From an uncultured Candidatus Binatia bacterium (GTDB lineage Bacteria; Desulfobacterota; Binatia; UBA9968; JAJDTQ01): a stretch of DNA of 64,000 bases. Positions within the stretch are counted from its first letter, which is position 1, and every line of letters begins with the position of its first letter. Location: contig OZ251459.1 in assembly GCA_965242525.1 (NCBI GenBank), positions 2,592,001 through 2,656,000 of the forward strand, in the 5' to 3' direction. Of this stretch, positions 31,399 to 40,699 are shown piece after piece. A model generated the notes under the pieces. That model had not been told where the DNA came from, ran no database searches, and was given only the letters and a program-made list of their open reading frames with translations. Both the position numbers and the translations under genes were made by a program.

Positions 31399-32028
31399 TC
31401 AGGCGGCCGCACTGGGCCGCTGGCCCACACGTTCGCGCCAGTCGGTGGCGTGGCGGAGCTCGGGCGGGAGGCTCATCTTGATCCACGCCGCGTAGTCCAC
31501 CGCCACCTGGGCGGTGATGTCGGCGATGGTGTAACGCTCGCCCGCCACGAAGGGGCAGCGGGCCAGTTGCTCGTCCAAGGCCTCGAAGAAACGCTCCACC
31601 CGCCGGCGCCCGCGCTGGACCAGTTCCGGGATCTGCTCCACGCGGTCCGGCCCGGTCAGGGCCCGCCCCGCGAGCCCTTTCGCGCCGTTGCGGAACGCTT
31701 CGGTGACGGCGAGGAAGCCGTCGATCTCGAACCGGTGGTTCCACATGGCCACCACCGCCCGGTCCCGGGCGTCGGTCCCCATGAGCGGCGGCTCGGGATA
31801 CGCGTCCTCCAGGTACTGGCACACCGCCATCGCCTCGCTCACCGCGGCGCCGTCGTCGAGTTCCAGCACCGGCACCGTGCACCAGGGGTTCAGCTTGCGG
31901 AACGCCTCGGTGAGGTGCTCGCCGTTGCGCAGGTCCACCTGGACCACCGGGACGTCGATGCCCTTCTCGGCCATGAAGATGCGCACCCGTCGCGGACTCG
32001 GCGCCGTGCTGCAATCGTAGAACCTCAT
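31399..32028 (-). CDS. Glutathione S-transferase family protein
   Basis: APSPRRVRIF, NPWCTVPVLELDDG, SE motif, TIADI. Confidence 0.9.
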   Translation of the reverse strand: MRFYDCSTAPSPRRVRIFMAEKGIDVPVVQVDLRNGEHLTEAFRKLNPWCTVPVLELDDGAAVSEAMAVCQYLEDAYPEPPLMGTDARDRAVVAMWNHRFEIDGFLAVTEAFRNGAKGLAGRALTGPDRVEQIPELVQRGRRRVERFFEALDEQLARCPFVAGERYTIADITAQVAVDYAAWIKMSLPPELRHATDWRERVGQRPSAAA

Positions 32029-32091
32029 GACGTCGTCGCCTCCCTTCCCGTCGAGGAAACCCCGAACAACGATCCCCGCCGACTACAACCC

Positions 32092-32221
32092 GGAACCTCT
32101 GAACAATCGAGGTAACATGAGCGCGTCCTTCGACTTCGCTTCGCTACGCTCAGGATGAACGGGGATAGAAGTGTCAGAGTGAGGGAAGCCATCCTGGACG
32201 TCTCGATTATTCAGATGTTCC
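32092..32221. mobile_element. MITE with ACCC target-site duplication, nested in another REP cluster (about 32055-32339)
   Basis: GGAACCTCTGAACAATCGAG...CTCGATTATTCAGATGTTCC; ACCC at 32088-32091 and 32222-32225. Confidence 0.85.
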
Positions 32222-32369
32222 ACCCGTTCGTCCCGAGCGCAGCGCCTCGTCAACCATATCCGTCCCGAGCGTGGCGCCTTGCCAACCATACCCGTTCGTC
32301 CTGAGCGTAGCGAAGCGAAGTCGAAGGACGCGCTTTCCCGTGGGGACGAGGTTCATCGAGGCGGAACCT

Positions 32370-33260
32370 TCAAGTCGAGCCGCGGAAGGAGCGCAGCAGT
32401 TCCAGGGTCTCCCGGTCTTCCTTCAGGTCCTTGCCCTTGGGGGTCTCCAGGCACATGGGCAGGCCGAAGAAACGCCGGTCGTTCACCAGCAGGCGGAAGG
32501 CTTCCAGGCCGATGTGCCCCTTGCCGATAATCTCGTGCCGGTCCACGCGGCAGTTGAGTTCCTTCTTCGAATCGTTCAGGTGGAACGCGGCGATGAGGCC
32601 CAGGCCGATCTTCTCGTCGAACTCCTCGAACGTGCGTTCGTAGCCCTCGCGGGTGCGGATGTCGTATCCCGCGGCAAAGGCGTGCTCGGTGTCGAAGCAG
32701 ACCCTCAGCCGCTCGCCGGTCTTCACGCCGTCCATGATGCGGCGGATGTGCTCGAAGCGATGGCCCAGGTTGGTGCCCTGGCCAGCGGTGATCTCCAGCG
32801 CCACCCGGACCCGGTAGCCTTGGCAGCGCCGATGGACCGCGTCCAGGGAGCGGGCGATGGTGCGGAGTCCGGCCTCCTCTCCCTGTCCCGTGTGCGCCCC
32901 AGGATGGGCGACGAGCCAGGGGATGGCCAGGGCCTCGCAGCGCTCCATCTCGTCCACGAAGGCCGCCACCGACTTCTTGCGCAGCTCCTGGTCCGGGGCG
33001 CCGAGGTTCAGCAGGTAGGAGTCATGGGCGATCACGGTGTGGATCGGCCCGGCCTCCCAGGCGTCCCGGAACGCGCGGACGTCCTCCTCGCCCAGGGGCG
33101 CCGAAGCCCACTGCCGCGAAGACTTGGTGAAGATCTGTACGGCCTCGCAGCCGACGCTCTCCCCGGCGTGCAGCGCGTTCCGGACCCCGCCCGCGATGGA
33201 CATGTGCGCTCCCAGCAACGGACGGTCCGCGGGTTTCTCCTTTCGGGGCGCGGAAGTCAT
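32370..33260 (-). CDS. nfo: Endonuclease IV
   Basis: LGAHMSIAGG, HDSYLLNL, HPG, EITAGQG, CFDTEH, HLNDSK, DRH, ETP metal-ligand motifs. Confidence 0.95.
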   Translation of the reverse strand: MTSAPRKEKPADRPLLGAHMSIAGGVRNALHAGESVGCEAVQIFTKSSRQWASAPLGEEDVRAFRDAWEAGPIHTVIAHDSYLLNLGAPDQELRKKSVAAFVDEMERCEALAIPWLVAHPGAHTGQGEEAGLRTIARSLDAVHRRCQGYRVRVALEITAGQGTNLGHRFEHIRRIMDGVKTGERLRVCFDTEHAFAAGYDIRTREGYERTFEEFDEKIGLGLIAAFHLNDSKKELNCRVDRHEIIGKGHIGLEAFRLLVNDRRFFGLPMCLETPKGKDLKEDRETLELLRSFRGST

Positions 33261-33390
33261 GGACGCTTCTTACCACAGAGACGCGGTGCGCTACAGGGGG
33301 GACGGACATGGTGGTTCCTTCGCCCCGGCCCCGGTTGCTCCCCGCGCCGGATTGAAGTATTCCAGACAACCGGGAACGAGGAGGCTTGCC

Positions 33391-33798
33391 ATGGCGAACT
33401 GGCTGCTCAAGACCGAACCCGGCGTTTATTCCTTTGCGGACCTTCAGCGGGACAAGAGGACGGTGTGGGACGGGATCAAGAACAACTTGGCCCTCATGCA
33501 CCTGAAGACCGTGAAGAAGGGCGACCGCTGCATCATCTACCATACCGGCGGGCAGAGGGTGTGCATGGGCCTGGGCACGGCCACCACCGGCGCCTATCCC
33601 GACCCCGAGAAGGACGACCCCAGGCTCCTGGTGTTCGACATCGAGGTGGGCAAGCCCCTGGCTCGCTCGGTGTCGCTGAACGAGATGAAGCTCAACCCCA
33701 AGCTGGAAGGCTTCGACCTGTTCCGCCTGGGCCGGCTTTCCTTCGTGCCCGTGAGCGACGCCCACTACGAAGTGATCCTGGACATGTCCCGGAGTTGA
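33391..33798 (+). CDS. EVE domain protein
   Basis: WLLKTEP, WDGIKN, IYHTG, AYPDP, RLSFVPV motifs; GAGGAGG RBS. Confidence 0.9.
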   Translation: MANWLLKTEPGVYSFADLQRDKRTVWDGIKNNLALMHLKTVKKGDRCIIYHTGGQRVCMGLGTATTGAYPDPEKDDPRLLVFDIEVGKPLARSVSLNEMKLNPKLEGFDLFRLGRLSFVPVSDAHYEVILDMSRS

Positions 33799-33850
33799 AC
33801 CAACCTCTCCGGCGCATCCGGGAGGCTCCGGGCAACGAGAGGAGGGACCC

Positions 33851-34117
33851 GTGAAAAAGGCGGACTTCCGGCAGTTCTACCGCGACGCCCACGCCGTCGA
33901 TTGCCTCAGCGAGCGGGAGAAGATCTTCCTGGGCCTCGCCGTGGCCATGACCCGGAACTGCGACCCGTGAGTGGATCGACGCCTTGCGGACGCAAGGAAA
34001 TCGGGACTCACGGAGGAAGAATTGGACGCCGCGGTGGACGTCATCGCCGCGGTGGACGCCGGTATCCTGCAATCCCTCAACCAGCGCATCAAGCAGCGGC
34101 GGAAGGAGCGGGAATGA
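33851..34117 (+). CDS. AhpD/CMD-like selenoprotein (CxxU), 88 aa with UGA readthrough at codon 40
   Basis: Hand translation MKKADFRQFYRDAHAVDCLSEREKIFLGLAVAMTRNCDP(TGA)VDRRLADARKSGLTEEELDAAVDVIAAV...; GGAGG RBS; hairpin 11 nt after the TGA. Confidence 0.8.
33982..33997 (+). promoter_or_regulatory. Bacterial SECIS-like stem-loop
   Basis: CCTTGC-GGAC-GCAAGG; stem starts 11 nt after the in-frame TGA (33968-33970); loop begins with G. Confidence 0.65.
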
Positions 34118-34239
34118 CGGGGGTGAGCGTCTGCGGGAATGACGGGATAAGCGCCCGTAGCCTCGATGATTGAAACTATGCTACAATTCGACCCTGTTTC
34201 ACCCTGAGCACTCCCGATGAACCAGGAAGGAGACTCCGC

Positions 34240-36036
34240 ATGAGGAAACTCTACACGATCATCCCCGTTCGTCCCGAGCGTAGCGGAGCGAAGTCGAAGG
34301 ACGCCCTCTTCGTCCTCGCAACCGTCCTCATGGTCGCGGCCCTCGCCGGCTGCGGCGGCAGCGGCAGCAAGATGGCGGCGCTGCCCATGCCTACCCCCAT
34401 AGCGCTGCCTCAGGGCATCGTGCTGGAACCGGGCGCCATCTTGACCATCCCTGCAGGCACGAAACGGACCGTCGGGCAGGCCGACGGCATCAGGGCCGTC
34501 GCCAGTTGCCCCCAAGGCGGCGAAGACTGCGTCATCACCGCCGGAGCCGACGGCGCCGCCCAGTACACCGGCGGCATGCCCACCGTAGATACCGTTCCCT
34601 ATACCACCATCCAACTGCCCGAAGGCGACCTCATGCTGCCCGAGGATCCCATCACCATCCTTGCCGGCACCTCCTACATACTTCGCCAAACCTTCGACGC
34701 CAGGACCGAACTCAAATGCCCCGACGACGGCCCGGACTGCGTCGTCTCCCTTGCCGAGAACGGCGCCGCCGAATCCACCGGCGGCGCCCCCACGGTCGTG
34801 ACCTACACCACCCTGTACCTGCCCATTGGCCATACCCTGACCGAAGGCCCCATCCTTGCCGGTGAGAGCCGGCCGTTGGGCGGCTATTCCAAAGGCAGCA
34901 GCAATGTCCTCGTGTGCCCGGCCGACGGCCCGGACTGCGAGATCGTCCTCGGGGAATACGACTTCGAATCCACCGGCGGCGCGCCCTACGTCGATACCAC
35001 GGTCACCAACCAGATGGTCTGGCAGGCCAACAACGGCCCTGACGGGACTTCCGACGGAGCCCACGCCAGGGGCCTCGAAGGGAGGCTGATCCGGGGCAGC
35101 AACCTCAACGTCACCAACCCCCTGCTCGGATCAGGGGGGAGCCAGCGGGCCCAAAGGCAGACAGCCGTGGTGAACAACACTCGGAACATGGGATCGGATC
35201 CCATGCGGACGGTGACGCCCACCGCAAGCTGGGCCAGCAGCGACGCCGCGCCGACGCTGGGGTTGACCGTGTCGAACACGGGGGCCAACACCTTCTCGGT
35301 TGACGACGACAGTGATCTCCCCAGCCTTGGAACCGGTTGGAACGGCGCCGTGCTGCACAAAACCGTCCCCACCGGAAACACCGGGCATGCCATCCTCTAC
35401 TCGGACATCACGAAGCAACCTGCCGGGGGAAGCGCGGACACCTTCTACATGACCCTCGGAGTATGGCTGGTGATGCCCGACGACCCCGCCGCCGCCAGCA
35501 CCCTCTACGACCTGGGGGCCTTCGCGCATGGCTCGTCGGGCCTGCTCAGCAGTGTGACCGGCTCAATCCACCCTATCACCGGCATGGCCACCTTCAGAGG
35601 TCCGGCAGCCGGTCTCTATTCCGCGGCTACCTACAGCGACTCGGGCGGCTCGCGCGCGCTGGAAACCGCAGAGGTCGGCTCCTTCACCGCAACCGCCACC
35701 ATCAACGCGAACTTCGGCGGGGCTGGCTCCTTTTCAGGTGTCAGCGGAACCGTGACCGATTTCATGGAGAACGGCGAATCCCTCGGCAATTGGAGAGTGA
35801 ACCTCGACACTACGTCCAACAGCACCGCCGGCAGTCCGGCACTCTTCATAGGCCAGATTTCTGGCGGTCAAGCAGGCAGTCGTAGTCTGGGTACCGGAAA
35901 CTGGGGAGTCGAGTTCTACCGGAGCGGCGCCAGCGGTCACCCGGACTTCGCCGTGGGGATTTTCACTGCCTCCACCCTCGGCCCCGCTGAAGATGCCCTG
36001 CACATCGTCGGCGCCTTCGGCGCAGAACGACAATGA
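34240..36036 (+). CDS. Surface lipoprotein with three Cys-containing repeats and TbpB-like C-terminal barrel
   Basis: Lipobox LAGC; three CPxxGxDC...TGGxP repeats; C-terminal ATFRGPAAGLY...IVGAFGA; AAGGAG RBS. Confidence 0.8.
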   Translation: MRKLYTIIPVRPERSGAKSKDALFVLATVLMVAALAGCGGSGSKMAALPMPTPIALPQGIVLEPGAILTIPAGTKRTVGQADGIRAVASCPQGGEDCVITAGADGAAQYTGGMPTVDTVPYTTIQLPEGDLMLPEDPITILAGTSYILRQTFDARTELKCPDDGPDCVVSLAENGAAESTGGAPTVVTYTTLYLPIGHTLTEGPILAGESRPLGGYSKGSSNVLVCPADGPDCEIVLGEYDFESTGGAPYVDTTVTNQMVWQANNGPDGTSDGAHARGLEGRLIRGSNLNVTNPLLGSGGSQRAQRQTAVVNNTRNMGSDPMRTVTPTASWASSDAAPTLGLTVSNTGANTFSVDDDSDLPSLGTGWNGAVLHKTVPTGNTGHAILYSDITKQPAGGSADTFYMTLGVWLVMPDDPAAASTLYDLGAFAHGSSGLLSSVTGSIHPITGMATFRGPAAGLYSAATYSDSGGSRALETAEVGSFTATATINANFGGAGSFSGVSGTVTDFMENGESLGNWRVNLDTTSNSTAGSPALFIGQISGGQAGSRSLGTGNWGVEFYRSGASGHPDFAVGIFTASTLGPAEDALHIVGAFGAERQ

Positions 36037-36042
36037 AACCGC

Positions 36043-36132
36043 GCGCTTCATGCTTTCGTCCCCCCGAAAGCATGAAGCGCCCTCCCGCCCAACCCCAACT
36101 CGCCTGCCCCGGGTCCGATGGCGGACCCGGGG
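36043..36132. terminator. Two strong hairpins after the lipoprotein gene
   Basis: 16-bp perfect stem GCGCTTCATGCTTTCG/CGAAAGCATGAAGCGC and 11-bp stem CCCCGGGTCCG/CGGACCCGGGG; no U-tract. Confidence 0.5.
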
Positions 36133-36184
36133 CTCCGGCGTTGTTGAAACCCGCGGGCCAAGGTGCTAAAGGTCAGGGATCCGT

Positions 36185-36261
36185 GGTCGCATAGCTCAGC
36201 CGGTTAGAGCGCTTGCCTCACATGCAAGAGGTCGCAGGTTCGAGTCCTGCTGCGACCACCA
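36185..36261 (+). tRNA. tRNA-Val(CAC)
   Basis: Acceptor stem GGTCGCA/TGCGACC, anticodon arm CTTGC-CTCACAT-GCAAG, GGTTCGAGTCC T-arm, encoded CCA. Confidence 0.97.
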
Positions 36262-36296
36262 CGAACTCCCTTCCTCGTCCCTTCCTTCCGCATCCA

Positions 36297-36447
36297 GGAA
36301 ACCCTGAACGACCCTCCCGGTTCGTCCCGAGCCTGGAATCCCCGTTCATCCTGAGTCTGAACAGCCATCCCCGGTTCGTCCTGAGCCTGAACGACCATCC
36401 CCGTTCGTCCTGAGCGTAGCGAAGCGGAGTCGAAGGACGCCTTTCCC
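36297..36447. repeat. REP/MITE-family tandem cluster downstream of the tRNA
   Basis: Four GTTC(G/A)TCC(T/C)GAG units ending GAAGGACGCCTTTCCC. Confidence 0.8.
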
Positions 36448-36470
36448 GGGAAAGACGACCAGACGTTCCT

Positions 36471-36764
36471 TCACCGTTCCCGACGGAGAGACTTGGCATC
36501 GCGTCCCCTCCTTCCCCGCCCTCGGAGGACCAGCGCCGCCGCGGTTCCGTAAACCATGCCGTTGAGGACCGCGATGCACCCCACCGCCCACACCGGGCTC
36601 GGGACGAGGTTGACGACGGGAAGCGAGAGCGCCACTCCGGGAGCCGCAAGGAACTGGATCGCCGCGTGGATTTGCGGGGTCGCTGCGGGAAGGGCGGCTG
36701 CGCCCGCCAGGACCACGGCGAACCCGGCCAGGAATCCCCATGTGAAGACCCGCGCCCCGGACAT
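36471..36764 (-). CDS. Small hypothetical membrane protein
   Basis: 97 aa with three hydrophobic segments; follows the MFS gene. Confidence 0.5.
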   Translation of the reverse strand: MSGARVFTWGFLAGFAVVLAGAAALPAATPQIHAAIQFLAAPGVALSLPVVNLVPSPVWAVGCIAVLNGMVYGTAAALVLRGRGRRGRDAKSLRRER

Positions 36765-36793
36765 TCGAGGACCCTCCAGGACTGGACGACGGC

Positions 36794-37978
36794 CTACGCG
36801 GAGGTCTCGCGGACGCTGATCACCAGCAGTCCGAACACCGCGAAGGCCAGCGCCGACCCCAGCAGCATGGACAGCGTCATGCTGTCCAGCCAGGTGATGA
36901 GCTGCCCCATGGCCACCGGGGTGGTGAGGGCGGCCACGTAGTGCATGGACATGATGAGGCCGCTGGCCGCGCCCACCCGCCCCGTGGCCGCGGAGTCCTG
37001 GGCCAGGGCCACCACCAGCGAGGGCACCGGGGACTTGCAGAGGCCCAAGAGGCAGATCCCCGCGGCCAGCGCCAACGGCTGGGCCAGCCATCCATAGACG
37101 GCCGCGGCCACGGCCACGCCGGGAAACGCGCCCAGCAGGATGATCCGCTTCCGCCCCAGGCGGTCCGACAGTATCCCCAGCACCATGGCGCCGATGATGG
37201 GTGTGGCGCCCCAGGAGGCCATGACCATCCCGGCCTCGTCCAGGGTCAGGCCGGCGGCCGTGCGCAGGAACGTGGGCGTCCAGGACGAGGTGATCCAGAA
37301 CACCGCGCCGCCGAAGAACTGCGCCACCGCCAGCAGCACCATGTTGCGGTTCAGCACCCCGGCCTTTCCCTTGCCGGACGGGCGGCGGGCGGGCCCTGCC
37401 CGGCGCGGTTCCCGCACCCGCAGCCACTGGACCAGCGCGATGGCCCCGGCGATGAAGCCCACCGAGGCGGTGGCCCCGCGCCAGCCGAAGCGCCGGATCA
37501 TGGCCGCGGCGGTGACGGGGCCGGTGACGCTGCCCAGGCCGTAGGTGGAAGAGAGCAGGCCCATGCCCAGTCCCCGCCTGCCGGGCAGGAGGTCCGAGAC
37601 CAGGGACAGCACCGTGGCGGTGATGAAGCCGTAGCCCAGCCCGGCCACCGCCAGGAACGCCACCGCGGAGCCGTAGTCCCGGACGGCGGACACGAGCCCG
37701 AACCCGGCGCCCAGGGCGATGCCGCCGGCCACCAGGACCCGGCGCCGGCCCAGGCCGTCGGAGAGTCGTCCCGCCAGCCAGCTCGCGGATGCCGCGGCGA
37801 CGAACACCGCGGAGAAGAGGGTTCCGGCCCGGACCGCGGAAAGGTCCAGGGCGGCGCGGATCTCCGGCAGGGCGATGCCCAGCACCGAGACCACCATGGC
37901 CGGTCCCACGGCCGAGAGGGCGGCGATCCAGACGGACCCCCAGTCGGTGCGGACGGACTGGGGGGGTTCGGCAGGCAC
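36794..37978 (-). CDS. MFS transporter
   Basis: Motif A twice (GRLSDGLGRRR, GILSDRLGRKR); about 12 TM segments. Confidence 0.9.
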   Translation of the reverse strand: MPAEPPQSVRTDWGSVWIAALSAVGPAMVVSVLGIALPEIRAALDLSAVRAGTLFSAVFVAAASASWLAGRLSDGLGRRRVLVAGGIALGAGFGLVSAVRDYGSAVAFLAVAGLGYGFITATVLSLVSDLLPGRRGLGMGLLSSTYGLGSVTGPVTAAAMIRRFGWRGATASVGFIAGAIALVQWLRVREPRRAGPARRPSGKGKAGVLNRNMVLLAVAQFFGGAVFWITSSWTPTFLRTAAGLTLDEAGMVMASWGATPIIGAMVLGILSDRLGRKRIILLGAFPGVAVAAAVYGWLAQPLALAAGICLLGLCKSPVPSLVVALAQDSAATGRVGAASGLIMSMHYVAALTTPVAMGQLITWLDSMTLSMLLGSALAFAVFGLLVISVRETSA

Positions 37979-38049
37979 GGGTCAGGGGTTCCGGGAACGC
38001 GCGGCTGCGGGCTCCGCGGTCGGACCGAGGCGCAAGACGGCCAAGCGGG

Positions 38050-39027
38050 CTACGCGCCGAAGGCGATCTCGGATATGCACGGCAGCCCGCTGGCCACCGT
38101 GCGGCAGCTCGATCCCTCCACCACCATGATCTCGCCTTCGGAGGTGGCGGCGATGACGCCGGGGCCGTCCGGGTCGGGCACGGTGTCCATGATGCCGCCG
38201 CGGAATCCCTCGGCCAGCACCTTCCAGTCCGCGGCCTCGTGCTCGCTCCGCAGGATGGCCGAGCTGGCCCGTTCCTTGCGCACCCAGGTGTTGGGCCGGC
38301 CCAGGGCGACCCCGAGGTAGAGGCTGCCGTCGTCGGTCTCGGTCACGGTGGTGCCGTAGGTCCGGGCTTCGGACGGGGTGATCTCTTCCCAGTGGGCGGC
38401 CCGGTCCAGGCTGCGGAAGACGCCTTCGCCGCACGCGGCCACCACCAGCTCGGGCTCGTGCTCCGAATGGTGGAGCTGGTGCACGTCCCGGTCCCACATG
38501 CCCTCGTTGGCGGCGCGCCAGCCCCCGCCGTTGTCGTCGCTCAGGAGCAGCCCCCCCACCTCGATGCCCGCGTAGAGGCGCGACGGCGAGGAAGGGTCCG
38601 CGGTCAGGTAGCGGGTGCGGGGCGCCTGGGCCGGGTTCGGCGGAAAGGTCCCGCCCGCGCCGCCTTCCCGCACGTCCGGAAGCTCTTGCCATCCCTGCCC
38701 CGGGCTCCCGTGGAAGAGCGCCGCGGGACGGGTCCCCACGAACACGGACCCGGGCACGGCCCACAGCGAGAAGATGTCCAGGTGCGGCACGTTGGGGTCG
38801 GACCGGGTCCAGGTCTCCCCCCGGTCACGGCTGAAGAACAGGCCCGAGTGCTCGGTGCCCGCATACACGGTCCGGGGGTCTTCCGGGTCCACCGCGACGC
38901 AGGTGAGGGCCCAGAACGTGAGGGCGCGATCGACCTCGTTCCAGGAATCGCCGTTCTTCTCGAAGCGGTACCACCCGGAATGGGTCATGACGTGGAGTGC
39001 CCTGGTATGCCCGTTGGTGCTGCTCAT
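38050..39027 (-). CDS. BNR/Asp-box beta-propeller protein (paralog of 17123-18199)
   Basis: SRDRGETW, SDDNGGGW, SLDRAAHW motifs; VGTRPAALF, AGIEVGG. Confidence 0.85.
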   Translation of the reverse strand: MSSTNGHTRALHVMTHSGWYRFEKNGDSWNEVDRALTFWALTCVAVDPEDPRTVYAGTEHSGLFFSRDRGETWTRSDPNVPHLDIFSLWAVPGSVFVGTRPAALFHGSPGQGWQELPDVREGGAGGTFPPNPAQAPRTRYLTADPSSPSRLYAGIEVGGLLLSDDNGGGWRAANEGMWDRDVHQLHHSEHEPELVVAACGEGVFRSLDRAAHWEEITPSEARTYGTTVTETDDGSLYLGVALGRPNTWVRKERASSAILRSEHEAADWKVLAEGFRGGIMDTVPDPDGPGVIAATSEGEIMVVEGSSCRTVASGLPCISEIAFGA

Positions 39028-39328
39028 GGCGCTTTCCTCCGGCGGGGTTGGCGGACGACATGGGTAACCTGCGACCTGTACCAGCCCTACCAGCCTCCCG
39101 GCTCCGGTGTCAAGCTCGGAGAGGCCGGGGCCGGCGTGTTGCCGACTTGGTGGCGGCCGCGGAGCAGGGGGGGTGAGGCGTGTGTCAAGCTCGGAGAGGC
39201 CGGAGGCGGCGTGTTGCCGAGGCCGGGTTCCGGCTCGAACACGCCGCAACGCCGCTCGAAACCGTCGGCGGTCCGGGGGAGGGGCGCACGGCCGCCCTGC
39301 CTCCGGCCCGGTCCCGGGGCCGGCGGGG

Positions 39329-40081
39329 TCAGGCGTCGGACAGCAGCGGGTTCAGGTTGCGGAAGAACTCGCCGATCTCTCCCTGGTAGAGGTAGTCGGC
39401 CAGGGAGTCCATGGGGGTCGCCTCGCGGTTGACGATGGCCAGCAGCGCGCCCGCCTGCTTGGCCACCACCGGGAACGACGCCGCGGGCTGGACCACCAGC
39501 GAGGAGCCCACCACCACGAAGACCTCCGCGGCTTCGCTCCACGCCTGCGCCCGCTGCATGGCCTCCCGCGGCATGGGCTGGCCGAAGGAGACGGTGCCGG
39601 ACTTGAGCAGGCCGTTGCACGCGTCGCAGCGCGGCGAGACGAACTCTTCGCCCAACGCATCCAGCACCGCGTCCGGGTCGAACGCCTTGCCGCAGCCGAG
39701 GCACGCCACGGTCCGGTCTGAGCCGTGCAGCTCGACGATCTTGTCCTCGGAGACGCCGCCCCGGCTGTGCAGGCCGTCGATGTTCTGGGTGATGAGGCCG
39801 AGCAGTTGCCCGCGCTTCTCCATGTCGCGGATGGAGGTGTGGCCGATGTTGGGCTCCACCTCCCGGTAGAGGCGATGGCTCTCCTTCTTCCGCCGCCACG
39901 CCCGCACCCGGGCCTCTTCGCTGCTCAGGAACTCGTCGAAGTAAACCGGCTTCATCCGGGTCCAGGTCCCGCCCGGGCTGCGGAAGTCCGGGATGCCCGA
40001 CTCGGTGCTGATGCCGGCCCCGGTAAAGAACACGATGTCCGCGGCGCGCCGGACCCTTGCGGCGAAGTCTTCCAGCGTCAT
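39329..40081 (-). CDS. cobB: Sir2-family NAD-dependent deacylase
   Basis: TGAGISTESGIPDFR, TQNIDGLH, ELHG, CxxC...CxxC, GSSLVVQPA motifs. Confidence 0.9.
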   Translation of the reverse strand: MTLEDFAARVRRAADIVFFTGAGISTESGIPDFRSPGGTWTRMKPVYFDEFLSSEEARVRAWRRKKESHRLYREVEPNIGHTSIRDMEKRGQLLGLITQNIDGLHSRGGVSEDKIVELHGSDRTVACLGCGKAFDPDAVLDALGEEFVSPRCDACNGLLKSGTVSFGQPMPREAMQRAQAWSEAAEVFVVVGSSLVVQPAASFPVVAKQAGALLAIVNREATPMDSLADYLYQGEIGEFFRNLNPLLSDA

Positions 40082-40231
40082 GGCTTGGCCCCCGGAGCGG
40101 ACGGACGCCCGGAACTCCCGGCGGTCGTCCGCTCGCCCATGGCCCGCAAGTGTCGTGAATGTCGCTCGAGAAGTCAAACCCGGCCGCCGGGGGAGGTTCC
40201 GTTGACTCGCTTCATGGAGAGGGATATTCAT

Positions 40232-40601
40232 GGAACGTCTGGTCGATTCCGGATCGATTTCCGTCTCCGTGCGGGAAAGCGCGTCCTTCGACTCCGCTTC
40301 GCTACGCTCAGGACGAACGGGGAGGATTCCGCTTTGCTCGGGGCGAACGGAGAGGACTTCGTTTCGCTGCGCTCGGGACGAACGGGGAGAGTCGTTTCCT
40401 CATGGAAACTCCGAACAATTCCGGCTTGAACTCCATCTCCGTGCGGGAAAGCGCGTCCTTCGACTTCGCTTCGCTACGCTCAGGACGAACGGGGAGGACT
40501 CCGCTTTGCTCGGGGCGAACGGAGGGGACTCCGCTTTGCTCAGGACGAACGGAGAGGACTCGGTTTCGCTGCGCTCGGGACGAACGGGGAGAGTCGTTTC
40601 C
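40232..40601. repeat. Tandem pair of REP/MITE units with internal sub-repeats of about 30 bp
   Basis: Two units beginning (CAT)GGAA and ending GAGAGTCGTTTCC, each containing repeated GGACGAACGG(G/A)GAGGA-type units. Confidence 0.85.
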
Positions 40602-40699
40602 TCGTGTTCGACGGGGGAAGGGATGCATGCCGGTGACGGAGTTCGAAACGAGGCAGGGCCAATCCGCGGGTCCCGCCTGACCACTCGCCCACGCGCCCC

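Noticed and set aside
36297-36447. Possible att site or CRISPR array after tRNA-Val
   Set aside because: No duplicated tRNA 3' end or integrase was seen; the repeats belong to the REP/MITE family.
39329-40081. Defence-associated SIR2 (Thoeris/DSR)
   Set aside because: Canonical Zn-binding CobB-type deacylase in a housekeeping context.
40232-40601. CRISPR-like periodic repeats of about 30 bp
   Set aside because: Units are degenerate copies of the dispersed REP core; the intervening sequences are short and similar to each other, not unique spacers; no cas genes in the window.
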